Both the position numbers and the translations under genes were made by a program. A stretch of 28,618 nucleotides of DNA from a virus. Lineage: Duplodnaviria; Caudoviricetes. The notes under the pieces are model-generated. The model did no database searches. It had not been told where the DNA came from and saw only the letters and a list, made by a program, of their open reading frames with translations. Every line of letters starts with the position of its first letter. The stretch's first letter is position 1. Below, in pieces: positions 8,616-17,449 of the stretch. The stretch covers positions 1-28,618 of the IMG/VR virus record IMGVR_UViG_3300044676_001095; one strand, given 5' to 3'.

Positions 8616-11226
8616 CGAAAGTATTTGACCTCCGCATGATAGCCAGCACAGTCATAGGCAATGGCTGTGACTGCCGCACTATAACCCGTGCATCGTTCTC
8701 ATATCCAGATGGGAAGTATATCTCTTTATCGCCATTAAACAACGGCACAGCTTGGTTCATAGACATGCTACTGTCGCGGAATGGTAGTCTATCAAGATTG
8801 TTTGTGTCAGGCCCAAGTTCTGCACCAACAGTGTTGAAGAAACGTGCAGTCACGCCATGAATACGCTTAATCTTGCCCTGTGCAATTCCATCGTCTGCAC
8901 CAGCTTCCAGCCGTAATGTCTCAATAGTAGACGTATAGTTGTAGCCGATATGTACCTTAGATGCTTCTCTGTCTAGCGTAATCTTGCCATCAGTCACAAC
9001 CTTGTCAGCATGTGTCGCACCGTCAGCTAGAATAGATACAGTCTCGCCTTCTAGGTGGTTAATGCTGTTAATCGTGGTTGTAGCTGAACCGTCATATGTC
9101 AGGCCACTATCTAAATAAAACGCATCCTCAACGTCATCGCCAAACTCAATAGGCTTTAGATACTCAATGTGCCGCACAGTAGCACCGTCAATAGTACGCT
9201 TTACCGCTACATATACTTGGTCTTCTGCACCTGATGGGATAGCCGTGATGCTTTCTACCACACCGTCACCGCCAATGTCGTGGTCATGCCAGCCGATAGC
9301 TGCGTTAGCACGGTCATAGGTAAGGCCGACTAACCGCCCGTCACTATGCACGAACCACACAATCAGTTCTGGTTCCTGCTGCCACACCATGTCAGTCAAA
9401 CCGCCACGCGGTATATGGTCAGCCAGAATGGTCAAGTCGATACCCAGCAAGCCATCAGTATCCAAGTCAAAGGTAATCTCTTTTACCTTCTCTTGGCCCT
9501 TCTGGATAAGGATGGTGCTGTTGCCAGCCCGTAGCGGTCTCACCTCTGAACAGCCGAATGTAGTCTCACGCAGCACGTTCACATTTGTTGGCGTAACTGG
9601 TGTAGCACCTGTGCCACCTGATAGCGTAAATTCTGCGCTAGTAGTAAGAACCTGTAGGAATCTAGCTGGCAATAAATGCCGAATGACATTCACTTTGTCT
9701 GATGCAATCGTCAGGTTCACCGCATCATCATCGTTTGTGCCAGGTGTCTGGTTCTCAAAGTCTGCGCTAACTGAACCAAATATCGTCTGCGGCTTACCTG
9801 TAGTCCCAGCAAAATACAAACGCTGTTCATAGAAGCCAACAGCTTTTGGGTAGCCTTGGTCGCCGCCAAATGCACCTAGTGACCATTTCTTTGTAGCGTC
9901 ACCCGAACCTACAACGTGGTCAGGCAAGTTGCTATTCCCAAATGAATCTTCTTTTACTGTAGCTGTAACTGTTGTTGAATTTGTGAAAGCAGTTATTTCA
10001 ACGTAACCTGTACCATCATGGTCGTAACGCCAATCAATCGCACCATATGTCTCTGTGCCTTCTAGGTGTACTGGCGGGGTGTTGCCAGATGTTTGGGTGC
10101 TGCCCGTTACCTGAGTATACACATGTCCGTTATAACGTACGGATACACCATCAGCATAGCTTGTGCTTGCCGCCCACTCATCATGTTCAATCTCAAGCAC
10201 CTCGCGGAACCTGATGTAACGCCCAACATCCGCTGCGGTAAACAATGCTGCCGATGCTGTAATCGTTACGCTTCCAGTCTGGGCTGACGCATACAGGGTC
10301 GTTGCTGTGTCATTTTCGTCAAGGTAAGGGCCATCAACAAAGTCGATGTCAGTCAGCGTAAAGCTGGTAGCTGTTGTGCGTGTTAGCTTTGCTGGCGCAT
10401 GGTCTTTGTGCGCCATGTAAAGGACATCAGCAGACTGTGCGTGGTTAATCTCAAAGATGTCTGTGACTGAGTATGTGGTAGCAACCTCAACAATCTCAGC
10501 AGACGCACCAGCACCAACGCTTACGTCTGCACCTGTTGTTGTTGCTGTCTCGCCAGATGTGCCACCAGTGATAGTCTCACCACTTTGGAATATCTCTGAT
10601 ACGCTGGTCAGGTTCATAGTTGTGCCATCGTCTGACACATATACAGCCGTAGCACCTGACGTACCGCCAGTGATTGTCTCGCCTACGGTAAATGCACCAC
10701 TTGCGCCAGTAATGCCAAGAGTGGAGTTGTAGGCATCAAACCCTGTGCTATTTATGCCTGATAACTCAAATGTATTGGATGTTGCATTGGCTACCGTAAA
10801 TTCACGATTATTCACTTGCGTCATGTCTGTTACACCAGTAACGAATATTCTGTCACCGTTTGTGTAACCGTGTGAAGCAATCGTCATTACAGCAGGGTTA
10901 GCCTGTGTAATTCCTGTGACATTTTGTGAATTGCTTGTTAGCAATCCACCGTCTTTATAGAAGCGAATATAGTTGGCACCGAACTCAAGCACATAAGCCT
11001 GTTCATCGCTGTACTCAAAATCAATCAGCCTGACCTTGCCACCGTCCTTAGAACGCCCAGCAAAGTATGTGCCTGGTCTGCGTGTAACGCCACCAGACGG
11101 GAACACAACCATGTTGTTTAATGTTTGTGCCGCCTCATTATATTTCTGTAAATCAATACGGCCTTCTAGCTTTGGGGATATTTCACCCGTGCGGAAGTTG
11201 GTGATAATGCTGGATACACGGGCCAT
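8608..11226 (-). CDS. Tail tubular protein B / nozzle (gp12-like) with inserted accessory domains
   Basis: 872 aa. NFRTGEISPKL.GR.D, GGVTRRPGT, YVLEFGANYIRF, GYPKAVGFYEQRLYFAG motifs. Confidence 0.9.
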   Translation of the reverse strand: MARVSSIITNFRTGEISPKLEGRIDLQKYNEAAQTLNNMVVFPSGGVTRRPGTYFAGRSKDGGKVRLIDFEYSDEQAYVLEFGANYIRFYKDGGLLTSNSQNVTGITQANPAVMTIASHGYTNGDRIFVTGVTDMTQVNNREFTVANATSNTFELSGINSTGFDAYNSTLGITGASGAFTVGETITGGTSGATAVYVSDDGTTMNLTSVSEIFQSGETITGGTSGETATTTGADVSVGAGASAEIVEVATTYSVTDIFEINHAQSADVLYMAHKDHAPAKLTRTTATSFTLTDIDFVDGPYLDENDTATTLYASAQTGSVTITASAALFTAADVGRYIRFREVLEIEHDEWAASTSYADGVSVRYNGHVYTQVTGSTQTSGNTPPVHLEGTETYGAIDWRYDHDGTGYVEITAFTNSTTVTATVKEDSFGNSNLPDHVVGSGDATKKWSLGAFGGDQGYPKAVGFYEQRLYFAGTTGKPQTIFGSVSADFENQTPGTNDDDAVNLTIASDKVNVIRHLLPARFLQVLTTSAEFTLSGGTGATPVTPTNVNVLRETTFGCSEVRPLRAGNSTILIQKGQEKVKEITFDLDTDGLLGIDLTILADHIPRGGLTDMVWQQEPELIVWFVHSDGRLVGLTYDRANAAIGWHDHDIGGDGVVESITAIPSGAEDQVYVAVKRTIDGATVRHIEYLKPIEFGDDVEDAFYLDSGLTYDGSATTTINSINHLEGETVSILADGATHADKVVTDGKITLDREASKVHIGYNYTSTIETLRLEAGADDGIAQGKIKRIHGVTARFFNTVGAELGPDTNNLDRLPFRDSSMSMNQAVPLFNGDKEIYFPSGYENDARVIVRQSQPLPMTVLAIMRRSNTFDA

Positions 11227-11228
11227 AT

Positions 11229-11825
11229 TTAGAACCTGATGTTAGTGTATGTGTCTGCTTGTGGCTGTTCTGGATAGCCTTCCATAGCATCAATAGACTT
11301 AGCCTCTCTTAGTCTTTGTTCGTACTGTGCGTTCATAGTTTGTGCGACAGTGCCACTGCCTGTAATTGCGTATGCAGTCTCAGCCGCCAGTCTGTGCGCT
11401 ATAGCCGATGAAAGCAGTGAGTCATATTGTTCTGTGTCTTCGATACGTCCGATATAAACAATCCGGCATGTACCCTGATTAGACAGTATTTTCCGGCCTT
11501 CAATCTTATACATCACATTGCTGTCATAAGCTGCGATGTCGCTGTTCACGTTTGAGTCAAAGAAGGACAGAACTCTGAGGCAGAATGGTTCTGTTGGTAA
11601 TGTGTACTGATAGGTAAATCCAAAGGCGGGTGCTGTTGCATCTTGCGCTAGTTCTTTGCGCGTTACAGCTATGTTCCAAGGATGTGCGCGTAGCACAGCA
11701 TCACGCACTAATTCATAATTACGATTGCATAGTCTAGCTTCTTTGGAGTTCTGGGTCAGTGCCGTAATGGTTGCTGCACCTAGTAGGTCTAGGGCTTCAT
11801 TACATATATCAACAACTGATGGCAT
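11229..11825 (-). CDS. Tail tubular protein A / adaptor (gp11-like)
   Basis: VDICNEALDLLGA...RDAVLRAHPWN...YQYTLP motifs; synteny. Confidence 0.9.
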   Translation of the reverse strand: MPSVVDICNEALDLLGAATITALTQNSKEARLCNRNYELVRDAVLRAHPWNIAVTRKELAQDATAPAFGFTYQYTLPTEPFCLRVLSFFDSNVNSDIAAYDSNVMYKIEGRKILSNQGTCRIVYIGRIEDTEQYDSLLSSAIAHRLAAETAYAITGSGTVAQTMNAQYEQRLREAKSIDAMEGYPEQPQADTYTNIRF

Positions 11826-12177
11826 GATTTACTAACCTTTCAACTCTTATCAGTACACCCAGACTTGCGTTGCTATCGCCACCTCTGAATTTACCGCGCT
11901 TTCTATACGCTTCCCTTGCAATCACTTTTAACTTCTCTGTAGGTAATAATACCACAGTTTCATCATCAAGTACGAATGCCCAGTGTGTTGCCAGTGTTGT
12001 AGCTATGCCACTAGGCTTGCCCCTACAAGAAAACTCCACAAACACATTCCCAGTTCGTGAAGCTACAAAATCCCTTTTCACCTCTATGGTGTTGTTACTT
12101 AATATGTCGCCTAGCCACCTCTCAGCTATTTGACCTACTTCTAAATCCCAGCGGAAGTCCCCGCACGGTTTCATCAT
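11809..12177 (-). CDS. Putative PD-(D/E)XK-like nuclease-fold protein
   Basis: Start re-assigned to ATG 12177 behind a GGAGGG RBS (the track start at 12228 runs through a hairpin). Motifs DLEVGQIAE, IEVKRD, TGNVFVE, GKPSGI. Confidence 0.6.
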   Translation of the reverse strand: MMKPCGDFRWDLEVGQIAERWLGDILSNNTIEVKRDFVASRTGNVFVEFSCRGKPSGIATTLATHWAFVLDDETVVLLPTEKLKVIAREAYRKRGKFRGGDSNASLGVLIRVERLVNHAISC

Positions 12178-12203
12178 ATTGCCCTCCAGCATGATGAGTT
12201 GTA

Positions 12204-12225
12204 TGGGGGCGGTTTCCCGCCCCCA
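12204..12225 (-). terminator. GC-rich hairpin after capsid/decoration genes (terminator or mRNA-stabilising stem)
   Basis: On the minus strand UGGGGGCGG-GAAA-CCGCCCCCA: 9-bp stem, GNRA loop, just after the stop at 12232. No U-tract. Confidence 0.65.
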
Positions 12226-12231
12226 CATTAT

Positions 12232-12711
12232 TTAGTTTACAACGTATTCAATGATGAATGACATGTCGCCAGCCGTACCACCTGTTGCAGAAAATGTTGC
12301 TGCAATGTAGTAGTAGCCTTCGTCACCATTTGAATCGCCAGCCATCTCAAACAACTGCTGCCCAATGGTGTTGATGTCGGCTTCTTCATTACGCAGGTCA
12401 GTCATAGCTGCTTGGTCAGCAACCAGAGTGCCAAAGAAGTCTTCATCTTTTACCGCACCAGCAGTTGTGTAGATGCCAACATTGAATGTGCATGAACCAC
12501 CCAGCGTGTCGCTACCAACCTTTAGTGCGGTGATAGAGGCATTTGCTGGGATTGGTGCAAACATAACAATGTCGTTGTCTGTGCTGTCGCCAGCCGCCAA
12601 TGCAATGGTTCCCTGCGCTACACGGAGTACACCGTGCAGATTGTGGGCAGCATTAGCAACTTGAGGAGTAGCTTCAAAGTTAGCTACAAGTGTTGAGTTC
12701 TTAGTAGTCAT
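12232..12711 (-). CDS. Capsid decoration/cement protein
   Basis: 159 aa beta-rich protein directly after the major capsid gene, with a strong GGGAG RBS. Confidence 0.7.
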   Translation of the reverse strand: MTTKNSTLVANFEATPQVANAAHNLHGVLRVAQGTIALAAGDSTDNDIVMFAPIPANASITALKVGSDTLGGSCTFNVGIYTTAGAVKDEDFFGTLVADQAAMTDLRNEEADINTIGQQLFEMAGDSNGDEGYYYIAATFSATGGTAGDMSFIIEYVVN

Positions 12712-12725
12712 TTGTCACTCTCCCT

Positions 12726-13589
12726 TTAAGCCGCTTCGTCACAGTCAATCTGGACAACTTTTTCTTCTTCCATACGAGTGGAACCGATTGACATGCAATA
12801 GTACACCTGAGTTGCATAGCCTTTGTCGCTACGCTCATCAATACGCGCCATTACGTCACGGCCCACTGCCAATGCAAGACCATCCTCTGCCCATGCAAAG
12901 CATGAACGGATGTCGCCAGTTTTTGACAGACGGTTAGAGACGATGAAGTTAAAGCCCATGAACTGGTTTACTTCACCCTGTACAAGTGCCTTCACAGTGT
13001 TGAAGTCGCTTGAAGTGACGTTTGTGTCAGCCAAGAGTGCTTCAATCTGGTCAGGGCCACAAGCGATGTAACGTGGAATAGATGGGTCAACATCTGCCAA
13101 GTCAAGAATCTTCTTGGCTTCACGCAACTTTGCAAGTGACATATCAGCACCGCCATCAGCAATCTGCTGACCCGCTGGCAACGCTGTTGAGGTCGAACCA
13201 GTCTCACCAGTAAATGCTGTGCCGAGTGCTGAAGCGATGATTTCATCGTCCATTGCGCGGCCCATAGCTGCGGCAGCAGCTTGTGCATATGCTGATGTTG
13301 GGTCGATAAGCATGCGTACTTTGTCCTGGTCATCAATCAGGTCTGCATACTCATAGTCTACGAGTGACACCCGACGACGTGCGTGTGGGGTATCAATCTG
13401 TGGTGTGTCAGCATGGCGAGTTGTACGCTTCTGCGCAGTTGCCTTACCAACCTGGTCAAAGAAAGCATTTTTGCCAGTCATATTCTCTACGCGCACCGCA
13501 TCACGCAGACGGGAACCCATCTGCTGCGATAGCATCTGCACGTTCGCAGAATACTGCTGGACAAATGCCGTGGTTACTTCTGTGGACAT
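12726..13589 (-). CDS. Major capsid protein
   Basis: AFVQQYSANVQMLSQQMGSRLR...DTPHARR...A.GRAMDDEII...DFN.VKALVQGE...FMGFNF. AAGGAGG RBS. Follows the scaffold. Confidence 0.92.
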   Translation of the reverse strand: MSTEVTTAFVQQYSANVQMLSQQMGSRLRDAVRVENMTGKNAFFDQVGKATAQKRTTRHADTPQIDTPHARRRVSLVDYEYADLIDDQDKVRMLIDPTSAYAQAAAAAMGRAMDDEIIASALGTAFTGETGSTSTALPAGQQIADGGADMSLAKLREAKKILDLADVDPSIPRYIACGPDQIEALLADTNVTSSDFNTVKALVQGEVNQFMGFNFIVSNRLSKTGDIRSCFAWAEDGLALAVGRDVMARIDERSDKGYATQVYYCMSIGSTRMEEEKVVQIDCDEAA

Positions 13590-13601
13590 AGCGTCCTCCT
13601 T

Positions 13602-13847
13602 TTACACGGTTACATTTGAACTTTTCGGTGCGCTACCCTTTCGGACACTCCTGGTCTTTTCAGCCGACTTATGGCCCCCATCTTTCTGGTCGTCAGCAGG
13701 ACGAGTTGCCTCGCTACCCCGCATTACCCACTCATAGTATTGGTCTGCGAGTAGGTGTGGATTGAGTACGTCACGCTGGCTACCGAACTCGACAGCTAAT
13801 CGTAGGCACTCAAGCCGAATATCTGTGACGGAAAGTTCATTATCCAT
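13602..13847 (-). CDS. Hypothetical protein (RLECLRLAVE motif)
   Basis: 81 aa, overlaps the scaffold stop, GGA RBS. Confidence 0.6.
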   Translation of the reverse strand: MDNELSVTDIRLECLRLAVEFGSQRDVLNPHLLADQYYEWVMRGSEATRPADDQKDGGHKSAEKTRSVRKGSAPKSSNVTV

Positions 13848-14685
13848 GTAACTGTTCCATCAAATGTTGCATCCGTTCTACAGCCTTGTGTCTCGCAATC
13901 GGGTTTTTTCTATCCCAATAAGCATGAGACTTATCATTCATAATGGCATCAATCTCAGCTTGTGCTGTGGCTGGTGTCATTACACTTGACTGTGACATTT
14001 CTGCAACAGTGTCTTCACTGGTGACAGATTGCCTGAAATCAGCAATTTTTGCAAATGCTTTAATAAACTCAGCGTTATCGCCCAGCTTTGAACCATCTGC
14101 TAAAGTGATGTTGAACATCTCAGGGTCTGCAAATTCTTGCGCTACCTTTGCAGCCGCTTCAACCTTTTGGTCAAATGCACGGCCCCACTCACTACGCAAC
14201 GATTCCACAGTCTGTTCCTTTGCAGCCTCTGCTAACTCAAGAGACTGTGCGCCAGACTGTTCAATGCTACTCTTGTAGTAATCAAGAATACCTTTAGCTT
14301 GGTCTGGTGAAAGGCGCAGTTTATGTGCAATATCTGCGTAATCTGTAGCAACTTCCTCAGTAATCACGTTGCCATCGACTTCAATGCCGTACCCCTTTGG
14401 GTCTTCTGGTCTGCCTAGACGGTCATAGATACGGTCTAAGTCTTCGTCTGTTGGGTTGACTGGTACTGCAATCTTGTCTGCACCAATCAATCTTTGCGCG
14501 TTCACATAAGAACGGGCTAGGTTTTCCACATCCTTAATAGGTGAAATGCTAGGATGTTCGCGTAGTTCCTCTGGTATCATGTTTAGAAACTCGTTACCAG
14601 ACCCGCCTGACGCTACCTCAGATGGTGTCTCCATCATTGGTGCTGCCTCTGGCTGGGCTACCTGTTCGATTGCTTCTTCTGACAT
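13840..14685 (-). CDS. Capsid scaffolding protein
   Basis: Acidic and helical. LARSYVNAQRLIG...YDRLGRPE..Y...LRSEWG motifs. Between portal and capsid. Confidence 0.85.
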   Translation of the reverse strand: MSEEAIEQVAQPEAAPMMETPSEVASGGSGNEFLNMIPEELREHPSISPIKDVENLARSYVNAQRLIGADKIAVPVNPTDEDLDRIYDRLGRPEDPKGYGIEVDGNVITEEVATDYADIAHKLRLSPDQAKGILDYYKSSIEQSGAQSLELAEAAKEQTVESLRSEWGRAFDQKVEAAAKVAQEFADPEMFNITLADGSKLGDNAEFIKAFAKIADFRQSVTSEDTVAEMSQSSVMTPATAQAEIDAIMNDKSHAYWDRKNPIARHKAVERMQHLMEQLHG

Positions 14686-14889
14686 TTATTCCTCTTTCAT
14701 CATGTTGTGGATATGAAGGATAACAGCACGTTTCCCTTCCTCAAATGCTGTGGCGTTTGCATCGCCAGCAACATAGCTTGTGGCACGATAGTTACACCGC
14801 GCCTCTAGGTCAGCTAATACTTTAGCTGAACTATCTGTGTTAAAGGTTTGTCTGTAAAGGTCTTTTAGCTTTTCAATCTCAGGTGTCAC
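14686..14889 (-). CDS. Bbp19-like small head protein
   Basis: Y..TF....KVLADLE...TAFEEGKRAVIL.I motif. ATGA overlap with the portal stop. Confidence 0.8.
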   Translation of the reverse strand: MTPEIEKLKDLYRQTFNTDSSAKVLADLEARCNYRATSYVAGDANATAFEEGKRAVILHIHNMMKEE

Positions 14890-16475
14890 TTACTAACCAT
14901 CCTGGACGCTTGCGCTAACTGCGACACGTTCTGGACATCTTGCTGGTCTTGCATCATCTCCATCTGTGCTTGTTGTTGCGCTGCACGTTCCTCTCTAACC
15001 TGTTGAACCTCACGTTCCGACTTCAGTGCTGTCTTTGGAACGCCTAGTGCATCGGTCACATGCTTCACTAACCCGTCTGCATCAATGTGGTCGCCTACTG
15101 GAATTGCCTGTGACAGTGGCATCAATATCTCAAGTGCCTTCATGGTACTGTTCAGGCTGCTTGATTTCTGCGCACGGGCTAGTGGCGATACATATTCAAT
15201 ATCCACATCACGCCCCTGTAGGATTTCTGGTGGCTCTGGAAGCATCTCACCGCGCAACATCAATGCAAACACACGGTCAATCAAAGGACGTAGCATCTCA
15301 TTCATCAATCTGCCCAGCACGGGGCCGATGACTCTCATGCGTTCTTCCTGCCTTTGGACAACCTCTGTGGCTGTCATGTTTGGTGACTGACCACTAAGAA
15401 GCTGGTCAACATAGAACGCTGAACGGATAGCTGCACGGCGTTGTTCTTCCATGTTCAAGCCAATAGGAATGTTTGCGCCGGTGTTCAACGGCGTAATCAT
15501 GTCTCTTGTGCCGCTTCTAAAAAAGTTCAACCCCCCAGGCTGCGTACGGATGGGCAAGAGGAAACCATCGTCAGGAACAAGAAGGGGAGGGTCAATCTGT
15601 TTCTGCGCAGCTTGAATGATTGTTTTTGACATAAGATTCAACATCTTAACGTCAGGCAACGCAACCATCGCTGGGGAACGCCCCATTGTCTCACCAGTTG
15701 CCTTCAAAAATCGTGGGACAATGTACGGGAACTCTTGGAAGCCACTTTCAGAAAGCAGCCCCTTGCTTTGCATATCAACATAGAACGATGCAAACGGCAT
15801 GTTCTTGTTGTCACGCTTGTTAGGGTCACGGTTAATACGCGGTACTACGGCATGTAGGATTTCTACTTCTTCATCAGGTTTGTCTTTGAACACCTTGCGA
15901 ATGTAGTCACTAACCTCATCAAACCCAAAACGCTGCACAGCTTGCCTTGCCGGAATCTTATAAGTTCTAAATACTGTATCAACAATACCGTACTGGTTTT
16001 CTTGCACATAGAACTCAGAGATGTGGCGTGTGCTAAACCGCAGATTGCCATCATCCATCTCAGCAAACATACAGCCTGTGCCAAACACAACCAAGTCCAC
16101 ATACATCTCATGGACTTCAGTTTCAAAGTTAGACTGGTTAAATGCCCTCATCATGCGCTGACTGGTTTCTTGCAACCACTCACGCACATCATCATCACGC
16201 CCGATATTCTCATCTTTCATATCAAGCATGAACCAAGGCGTAGCACCGCTGGTCAGCATCCCGTGCAAACTAGCAGCAAGCAAGTCAACAGCCTGTAAAG
16301 CAGTACCATCAAAGATAAGTTCCATCCGCTTTTCGCCTCTGGAACGCTTACGGACAATATCCGCTTTGCGGGGAAGCATGTAGTCAGCTAGTTCCTGATA
16401 ATGCGTGTCCCAGTTATCTCTACGGCCTTTAAGGTATTCGTACCGCTTTACCAGACTCTTGATGAAATCTTGCAT
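14886..16475 (-). CDS. Portal / head-tail connector protein
   Basis: 529 aa. ELADYMLPR, FDGTA..A...LAASL, GRSPAM.ALPD.K.L, MTATEV..RQEE...GPVLGRL, YVSPLARAQ. Confidence 0.95.
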   Translation of the reverse strand: MQDFIKSLVKRYEYLKGRRDNWDTHYQELADYMLPRKADIVRKRSRGEKRMELIFDGTALQAVDLLAASLHGMLTSGATPWFMLDMKDENIGRDDDVREWLQETSQRMMRAFNQSNFETEVHEMYVDLVVFGTGCMFAEMDDGNLRFSTRHISEFYVQENQYGIVDTVFRTYKIPARQAVQRFGFDEVSDYIRKVFKDKPDEEVEILHAVVPRINRDPNKRDNKNMPFASFYVDMQSKGLLSESGFQEFPYIVPRFLKATGETMGRSPAMVALPDVKMLNLMSKTIIQAAQKQIDPPLLVPDDGFLLPIRTQPGGLNFFRSGTRDMITPLNTGANIPIGLNMEEQRRAAIRSAFYVDQLLSGQSPNMTATEVVQRQEERMRVIGPVLGRLMNEMLRPLIDRVFALMLRGEMLPEPPEILQGRDVDIEYVSPLARAQKSSSLNSTMKALEILMPLSQAIPVGDHIDADGLVKHVTDALGVPKTALKSEREVQQVREERAAQQQAQMEMMQDQQDVQNVSQLAQASRMVSK

Positions 16476-16478
16476 GTA

Positions 16479-16700
16479 TTACCCCAGTAATGTAGGTGTG
16501 CCGCCAGGTGATGTTGCGCTAGTGTCTTGTAGCGCACCAGCAACAATAGTCGCACCCGCACCCTTTTTCTTTCTAGCCTTCATTGTAGCTTCTTCAGCCA
16601 ATGCAACCGCACGTTGTGTATCTTCTTCACCCGCCTGTGCTGGTGGTGGTGGAGGTGGTGGGGCTGGTGGAGTGTATACTTTTGGCTTTAGAAAAGACAT
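16479..16700 (-). CDS. Small Pro-rich virion protein (T7 gp6.7-like position)
   Basis: 73 aa MSFLKPK-polyPro...RKKKGAGATI...TLLG, immediately upstream of the portal. Confidence 0.75.
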   Translation of the reverse strand: MSFLKPKVYTPPAPPPPPPPAQAGEEDTQRAVALAEEATMKARKKKGAGATIVAGALQDTSATSPGGTPTLLG

Positions 16701-17038
16701 TATGCGCCACCCCCTGTTGGTGACTTTGCGCTAGGCGTTGCGTAAGTAACACCGTAGCCCTCCATCAATGTGCCAGCCGCGCCAGCACGTTTGCCTTTAG
16801 TGCGTCGTGTGCCACGACCCAACATGGTATCATCAGGCACAACTTCTGGCGTTACTTCTGGAGTAACCTCTGGCGTTTCCTCCGGCATGTCTGGTTTGCT
16901 AGGAACAAGACCTACAGCTTTACCAGTTTCCTTCAAAACCTTTTGGGTTGGCTTTTCGATAACTTCTTCAAAAGCCTCACCCACAGCCTTGGTTGCGCCT
17001 CTAACTATTTTTTTAGCGGGTCTATAAACAGCAGCCAT
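16700..17038 (-). CDS. Small Lys-rich virion protein (T7 gp7.3-like architecture)
   Basis: 112 aa with amphipathic Lys-rich N-terminus, (TPEV)3 linker and basic RRTKGKRAG tail. GGAG RBS. Confidence 0.7.
   Translation of the reverse strand: MAAVYRPAKKIVRGATKAVGEAFEEVIEKPTQKVLKETGKAVGLVPSKPDMPEETPEVTPEVTPEVVPDDTMLGRGTRRTKGKRAGAAGTLMEGYGVTYATPSAKSPTGGGA
16841..16888 (-). repeat. Degenerate 12-bp tandem repeat x4 (MPEE-TPEV-TPEV-TPEV)
   Basis: aacttctggcgt/tacttctggagt/aacctctggcgt/ttcctccggcat. Confidence 0.85.
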
Positions 17039-17041
17039 TAA

Positions 17042-17449
17042 CTAACTCCAATCGTGAAATCCCAGCTTCTGAGTCTCAGTCCGAAGCCAGTACGCATTTG
17101 TATAACCCATATTAGATAACATACTTTTCAAGTTTCTGAAACCTATTGCTATGTTTCGCTTGCCGCCTATAGCAATGAAATCAATTATCCAAGGCACAGT
17201 TCCACCACCATCATAGCCCTCTGGCATAAACTCAAGGTTGTCTGTGTACTCTACAACGTGTTCATAATCAGGGAACGCCCAGGTTGCAAAGCATATTGGC
17301 ATCTTGTTTTCATCCCGTAGAACCATATACTGACCAAGCATCATCGGGGGGCGGATGTATTTCTCCACCTCCTCAACGCCCCACCAGCCGTGGTAATCAC
17401 TCCAATCAAGCAGATACTTGATAGCTTCTACATCAATAGACTTACTCAT
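17042..17449 (-). CDS. hlyC: HlyC/RtxC-family toxin-activating lysine acyltransferase homolog
   Basis: WSDYHGWW ~ (W)xxSPLHxxW; IRPPMMLGQYMVLRDENKMPICFATWA ~ VLPAI..NQYVLL....PVAYCSWA; YDGGGTVPWIIDFIAIGG ~ DW.SGDR.WFIDWIAPFG; AYWLR ~ RAIR. Confidence 0.85.
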   Translation of the reverse strand: MSKSIDVEAIKYLLDWSDYHGWWGVEEVEKYIRPPMMLGQYMVLRDENKMPICFATWAFPDYEHVVEYTDNLEFMPEGYDGGGTVPWIIDFIAIGGKRNIAIGFRNLKSMLSNMGYTNAYWLRTETQKLGFHDWS

